From the NCBI GenBank assembly GCA_000165345.1, contig CM000436.1, forward strand, positions 704,001 to 768,000: 64,000 nt of DNA, given 5' to 3'. Under the pieces are notes generated by a model, which made no database searches, was not told the DNA's origin, and saw only the letters and a list, made by a program, of their open reading frames with translations. The position numbers were made by a program, and so were the translations under genes. Numbering within the stretch: position 1 is the first letter of the stretch; every line of letters starts with the position of its first letter. Of this stretch, positions 59,117 to 64,000 are shown piece by piece.

Positions 59117-59593
59117 ATGTGTCAAAACCGCATCTCTGAACATAAATATTCGAGGAAAAAAGTCGTTTCAAAAAAAGATGCAACTAAAAATTTGAGCATT
59201 CTTAATAAGAAGATAGATGCAACTGTGAAAAAACTCGACTCATCCAAATTTGGCGACAGTAAATATGACGATTTTGGAAGATTAAGTAAACGCGCTTTCA
59301 AGTTTCAAAGAAAATGTGAAACAAAGGACTCAATAATTAATAAGCATGAGAAAAGAGACTTGGAGCATGAAAACATCACTAGTTCAGAGAAATGTGAAGT
59401 AGAAAGCAATAGCCCTTTATCCGAGTCGGAGGTTATTAAAGAAATGTTTGGTATTGAGCGATTCGAAACATCAAAAAATAAAAACCACTCAACATCTAGC
59501 CTTTCTTGCTTTAGTATTAAATCAAAAAGGAAGTACAGACAATATATGAATAGACCAGGTGGTTTCAATAGGCCCCTTTCTCCTACTCAGTAA
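59117..59593 (+). CDS. hypothetical small basic (Lys/Ser-rich) protein
   Basis: ATG at 59117; 158 aa, highly basic, no motif recognised. Confidence 0.45.
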   Translation: MCQNRISEHKYSRKKVVSKKDATKNLSILNKKIDATVKKLDSSKFGDSKYDDFGRLSKRAFKFQRKCETKDSIINKHEKRDLEHENITSSEKCEVESNSPLSESEVIKEMFGIERFETSKNKNHSTSSLSCFSIKSKRKYRQYMNRPGGFNRPLSPTQ

Positions 59594-59620
59594 CATAAAT
59601 AATTAGTCTATATTCGATAA

Positions 59621-60145
59621 TTATGTTTGTATAACGATATTACTTGGCTCAATATTTGGGTAAATTTTCAAAATGAATTCCGCAATTGTAATGTCAAAAT
59701 CACCTTGTACATCTATATGATCGGGTTTTCCACTGGTTCCCTTAACTACAGAAGCACCGCAAGAAAACTGTTTTGCAAATTTCTTTGCCGCCTCACTGAG
59801 CTGAATATCGAATAGTTCCAGCCCATTAACTACTGTTACATTCTTTCTCCTAGCTCTACTCTCTACTTTAATCGTGATTACGTTTTGTTTGGTCTTTTTT
59901 TTCTTTGCTGAATTTGATTCTTCATGTTTTTTTTGAGCGCTTCCTTGGGATATCTGAGTTTCGTCAATTTTAAGAGAAGTATTTAATTGTGAATCCAGTT
60001 TATTTGCTTCTGAAACTTCGTTGTGTCCTAATATTTTATTTTTCGTACATTGACCATACTCACAATAATCAGTAGGTAGTCCACAGCTTTTACAGTATTC
60101 AATTGTTTGTATTTCTTTGATGACTTCTCTTGTCTTAATTTCCAT
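59621..60145 (-). CDS. density-regulated protein (DENR/Tma22-like) with SUI1 domain
   Basis: N-terminal Cys cluster YCKSCGLPTDYCEYGQC. C-terminal SUI1 fold ITIKVESRARRKNVTVVNGLELFDIQLSEAAKKFAKQFSCGASVVKG...IDVQGDFDITIAEFI. Confidence 0.8.
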   Translation of the reverse strand: MEIKTREVIKEIQTIEYCKSCGLPTDYCEYGQCTKNKILGHNEVSEANKLDSQLNTSLKIDETQISQGSAQKKHEESNSAKKKKTKQNVITIKVESRARRKNVTVVNGLELFDIQLSEAAKKFAKQFSCGASVVKGTSGKPDHIDVQGDFDITIAEFILKIYPNIEPSNIVIQT

Positions 60146-60512
60146 GGTTTGTAAAAAGTAATTATATTGATATTTGCAAAAAAAGAGCGGTTAAAAAAAG
60201 AAAAAAATATTAAGCTTGGCAATACTGAGGAAAATATACAGTTAACTTAAATATTACAGAATTTTTATCAAGTTATTAAGGTTAATGAAAATAGCTAAGG
60301 CTTATGATATTATTTCATCCGTTACACAAAATTTATAAAGATTATAAATATTTTAAAATAAGTAATATATGTGTAGTTAATTAGAAATTGAATGCTTTAT
60401 AGACACAAGTTATTGGGTTTGAATCGAATATATTAATTGGTTGCATTATTATATTCTTAAAACACATTTTCAAATATTCAGCGGTCTACTGTGTGAGATT
60501 GAAAAACTCAGA

Positions 60513-60521
60513 GCGCCAAAG
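60513..60521. promoter_or_regulatory. GCGCCAAAG (E2F-like) box about 80 bp upstream of the ERGIC3-like gene
   Basis: CAGAGCGCCAAAGAAAATGG. Confidence 0.3.
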
Positions 60522-60594
60522 AAAATGGATTTTAAGGGCTGATGAATAATTAGATTATTTCCAAGGAAAAAGGAAATTTTCGAACCAAACAAAA

Positions 60595-61761
60595 ATGAAG
60601 CAGTTTGATGCATTTTCAAAGCCAATATCTGAGTTCCGTATAAAAACTGCATTTGGAGGATACTTAACAATATTGAGTATGATCGCCATGATCATACTGT
60701 TTTATTCTGAATTAAAATATTACTTAAACATAACTAGAAAGGATGAAGTTACTGTTGATCATTTGTCTTCTAATAGAAATATTAACCTTAGGATGCAGTT
60801 GGAATTCCCAAAACTCCCGTGCGATATATTGGGGGTACGAATAATTAATCTTCAGGAAAATAAAGAAATATATTTACCAGATGGAGGAATAGAGTTCGTT
60901 AAGATCGGTTCAAATGAAAGTAATGCAAATAGTTCTTCTGGATGTGGTCCTTGCTATGACGCATCTATTATCAATGATTTGGGAGCAGTTAATTGTTGTA
61001 ATACATGCAAAGATATTTTTAATGAATACGATAAAAAAGGAATTAAGTTACCTCATGTAATAAGTTTCAAACAATGTGATTATGATAAATCGAAGAGGAT
61101 TTCAAATGCATTGTCTTCTAACTTAAATTCAGAAGGGTGCAAGATTAAAGTAAATGGATACATCCCAAAAGTTAAAGGTAAAATTGAGATTTCTCACAAA
61201 AGATGGGTTAAATATAAGGAAATGACAGATCTTGAGATTGCAGAAAGCCACTTATTTAACTTTTCATATAAAATGAATTATCTAGATTTTGGTGAAGAGC
61301 TGCCTGGAATTCCAAACAGATGGAAAAATCAGGAGTACATTCAAAGTTCTAGATTTGAAAAATTGGGATATTCACAAGACTTGGTTTTTGAGGATGCTTA
61401 TATTGATTTTGATATGCATTGTATACCTACACAATACAATACTATAAATAATAAGTCGATTAATTCGCACCAATTTTCAGTCAGAAGTCAATATAAAAAA
61501 GTTCTTGTTTCCTTAGCTAATGGCAAATTTATTCCCGACACTTCAATACCCGGAATACATATCAATTATGATTTTACTCCGTTCCTTGTAAAAATCACTG
61601 AAAGTCGTAGATCGTTTTTGTCGTTTATTACGGAATGTTGTGCCATAATTGGAGGAATTTTTGCATTTTCTGGAATGATTGATATATTTTTCTTTAAATT
61701 TTTATCTAGCGTAAACAAGTATAGACAAAAAAACAATACATCATTTATTCAAAATTACTAA
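60595..61761 (+). CDS. ERGIC3/Erv46-family ER-Golgi vesicle transport protein
   Basis: N-terminal ERGIC_N signature MKQFDAFSKPISEFRIKTAFGGYLTILSMIAMIILFYSELKYYL. Luminal Cys-rich region. C-terminal TM (CCAIIGGIFAFSGMIDIFF). Confidence 0.8.
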   Translation: MKQFDAFSKPISEFRIKTAFGGYLTILSMIAMIILFYSELKYYLNITRKDEVTVDHLSSNRNINLRMQLEFPKLPCDILGVRIINLQENKEIYLPDGGIEFVKIGSNESNANSSSGCGPCYDASIINDLGAVNCCNTCKDIFNEYDKKGIKLPHVISFKQCDYDKSKRISNALSSNLNSEGCKIKVNGYIPKVKGKIEISHKRWVKYKEMTDLEIAESHLFNFSYKMNYLDFGEELPGIPNRWKNQEYIQSSRFEKLGYSQDLVFEDAYIDFDMHCIPTQYNTINNKSINSHQFSVRSQYKKVLVSLANGKFIPDTSIPGIHINYDFTPFLVKITESRRSFLSFITECCAIIGGIFAFSGMIDIFFFKFLSSVNKYRQKNNTSFIQNY

Positions 61762-61820
61762 TATTTGTAGAAAGGGTTTTAATAATTGACTTAAATTCAA
61801 TAATAATGAATTGTATACTT

Positions 61821-64000
61821 TTATTTAAGCATTATCATTAAAAATAATATTAGTGCAATAACGCCAATTATCATTGCAATAATGAATCCTTTTTTTGCAG
61901 AGCTCCATATAGATGAAGTTGCGGATGAAATAGCTTCTCCAATTCCTTTCCAATCAACATATGTTCTGTTTTCCGTAACATCTTCCAAAACTGGGTCAAC
62001 GTTTGGGGGCTCTCTTCCTTTTCCCACTGGGTTAGAGTCCGATATTTTTCCTGGGACAATAGATATCTCGATTTCTACTTGCCCTTGAGGTGAATTTTGT
62101 TCTGTCGGATGTGAAAATCCAAACCAGGTTTTAGGAATTTTTGTGACTTGAGATGAATGTTTTTTTGCTCTTCCAAAGTCATTGCTTAAGTCAATTGAGC
62201 ACTCACCAATGTTATCACTCTGAATTAAACCATATGACCATAGTTGAAGTTTAAGGATTGGATATTGAGTTGGTATCTTAATATCAAATACAAACCTCCA
62301 GTTAAAAATTCCTGTACCATCTTTAGAATTATAATGAGTCTCTGTGGACTGAGTATCAGAATTAGATTCATCTAAACTATATATTCCGCTAACATATAAT
62401 GATATTGTAGTATTAGGTTCTATTGGAATATGCCTTACACGCCAAATCACGACTCTAAGTTGGTAACTTTGAGGATCAACCGAAGCTAGTTCAGTAATTG
62501 GCGTAGCTTTTGCAACTTGTTCTGACATTATTTCATACCACGCCCTCAATGTTCCATGAGATACAAAACTATTTTCTACCCTTAGGGTTCTCATTTCTAT
62601 AGGGGTCGAGTCACTTTCCAACATTGATTGAATTTTCGGATGGAACCAACGGTCTTCAATATCAATAAAGGTGCTTCCAATTATTTCTTCAGACATTGTT
62701 CCTGTGCCAATTAAGGAAACTCTTACTAATGCATTGTGAGGAAGAATACAACCTATCTCATATACCTGATTAAACTCGGGTTTATAGCCTTGGTGCCTAA
62801 CAAACCCTGTATCTTTGATATTATTCGGATAAACACTCTTTTTTTTTTTTCCGCTTCCATCAACCATAATACCATCCCCATTACTTTCTCTCGAGCGAAT
62901 GAATATATATACAGATGGGTTTAAATCTCCACTTGGTGGAAGAAGGCCTCTCGCAGAAAGTATGTAGCACCTTGCAACAATAGGTTTTATGTTATTGTAT
63001 TGATTTGCAATCCACATTCTATTGTCTGAAAATGTCTGAAGAACCTCTTCTTGTTCTTTTGTATCAACAATAATGTTAGTATCACTGTCTGGCTGTTGTA
63101 TAATACACAATGTATATTTTATATATCCAACAATATAATACAATCCTTTTTCGTTTATAGATACAATTGGAAGTGTCTGATAAGGCAGCTCTGCAGGATC
63201 TAGGTCTTGCTCTAATTCGTATGGAATTTCAAATCTTTGCTCAGTTTCATCTTCTTCAGAAAATATTTTCAAATCGAAGTTCAAGAGCCTTGCATCGAAA
63301 CCAAAAAGTGTTCCAACCTCTTTCAGTTTTAGAGCAAGATTTGCTTGGTCATCATCTTTAGAATTAAAACTTACGTCAATATAAACACTCTCATCTTTTT
63401 TCTCAGTTTTCATTAGATCAATGGCAGGGTAAAAAAATGAATTTGATGCTTCTGCATCGTATGTAGGGCTTGATTTTGAAACTATATTTGTAGGCGCAGA
63501 TATTGATTTCATCGTATTAAGAACTCTTTGATCATTTCCAGAAGAGTCTTCATCATCATCATCTTCTTCTTCTTCTTGATCAAGCCCTGCAATATTAATC
63601 TGATTATCATTTTCGCATTCAATTGATCCGTTAATTAATTCATCCAAAGTAGTTAAATGAAAAAATTCTTTATTAAACTTTCTTGAATTTTCGTCATACC
63701 ATGGTATTGCTGAGTTGAAATAAAGTATCGCGAATCCTGAAGATATACTAGATTCACCTGAATATCCAGAAACTTTTTCATTAACAGTAATCTCGAAATA
63801 AGACTGAAACACATCTCTTTTAGGTAGTTCGGCAGTTATCGCAAAATCATGTAAATAGTTCCAATTCCCTTCATCACCACAATTTGGAGATGGGGTTGAA
63901 TCATGCCAAAGGGGTGCGTTAGATTCTTCAACCTCACGGCCATAAGACACGGACACGGTTGGACTATTAAGAGATCTAAACATACGAACTCCTATGACAA
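61821..64000 (-). CDS. ferlin-like C2-domain protein with C-terminal transmembrane anchor; 5' part lies beyond the window end
   Basis: Reading frame stays open upstream of the track start (63983) to position 64000. C2-like segments (RVVIWRVRHIPIE..., LKLQLWSYGLIQSDNIGECSIDLS). Tail anchor GFIIAMIIGVIALILFLMIMLK just before the stop. Confidence 0.6.
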   Translation of the reverse strand, partial: VIGVRMFRSLNSPTVSVSYGREVEESNAPLWHDSTPSPNCGDEGNWNYLHDFAITAELPKRDVFQSYFEITVNEKVSGYSGESSISSGFAILYFNSAIPWYDENSRKFNKEFFHLTTLDELINGSIECENDNQINIAGLDQEEEEDDDDEDSSGNDQRVLNTMKSISAPTNIVSKSSPTYDAEASNSFFYPAIDLMKTEKKDESVYIDVSFNSKDDDQANLALKLKEVGTLFGFDARLLNFDLKIFSEEDETEQRFEIPYELEQDLDPAELPYQTLPIVSINEKGLYYIVGYIKYTLCIIQQPDSDTNIIVDTKEQEEVLQTFSDNRMWIANQYNNIKPIVARCYILSARGLLPPSGDLNPSVYIFIRSRESNGDGIMVDGSGKKKKSVYPNNIKDTGFVRHQGYKPEFNQVYEIGCILPHNALVRVSLIGTGTMSEEIIGSTFIDIEDRWFHPKIQSMLESDSTPIEMRTLRVENSFVSHGTLRAWYEIMSEQVAKATPITELASVDPQSYQLRVVIWRVRHIPIEPNTTISLYVSGIYSLDESNSDTQSTETHYNSKDGTGIFNWRFVFDIKIPTQYPILKLQLWSYGLIQSDNIGECSIDLSNDFGRAKKHSSQVTKIPKTWFGFSHPTEQNSPQGQVEIEISIVPGKISDSNPVGKGREPPNVDPVLEDVTENRTYVDWKGIGEAISSATSSIWSSAKKGFIIAMIIGVIALILFLMIMLK

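Overview
This window is an AT-rich (~70% A+T), gene-dense eukaryotic nuclear segment, not a prokaryotic one. The reading frames are long and mostly uninterrupted under the standard code, with short intergenic spacers (~50-700 bp) and alternating strands. The proteins are Lys/Asn/Ser-rich, and the gene content points to a Cryptosporidium-like apicomplexan: a fused uridine kinase-uracil phosphoribosyltransferase, a large insulinase-like M16 peptidase, and a poly-Thr mucin encoded by an (ACT)n microsatellite. About 30 protein-coding genes are called. Functionally assignable genes include a secreted GMC oxidoreductase, a ZNHIT zinc-finger protein, a three-exon PHBH-type FAD monooxygenase and an adrenodoxin-reductase-like gene. 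They also include a SET1/trithorax-type PHD-bromo-SET methyltransferase, an ISWI-type SNF2 ATPase, a 4180-aa giant protein (PH-like, TBC-like and C-terminal HTH-like segments) and a six-module LNR mucin. The remaining assignable genes are two J-domain proteins, a TBCE-like tubulin cofactor, ribosomal protein L10a (uL1), DENR (SUI1 domain), ERGIC3/Erv46 and a ferlin-like C2 protein that runs off the window end. Many ORF-track starts are TTG/GTG artefacts; the first in-frame ATG is used where a feature start is given, and the places where the track start was kept are stated in that feature's evidence. Five short-intron gene models missed by the ORF track are proposed by hand. All are phase-consistent, and three are supported by restored protein motifs (GxRxPH and RPDG in the monooxygenase, DRHS..GG.GK.NWG in a 72-aa SERBP1/HABP4-like mini-gene). 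GGCGCC / GCGCGAA / TGCATGCA boxes recur in the promoters. No CRISPR, rRNA, convincing tRNA, transposon or bacterial-type defence island was found. The most system-like feature is an adjacent trio of flavoenzyme genes, which is unexpected for a metabolically reduced parasite. Hand-derived coordinates for introns and motifs may be off by 1-2 nt.
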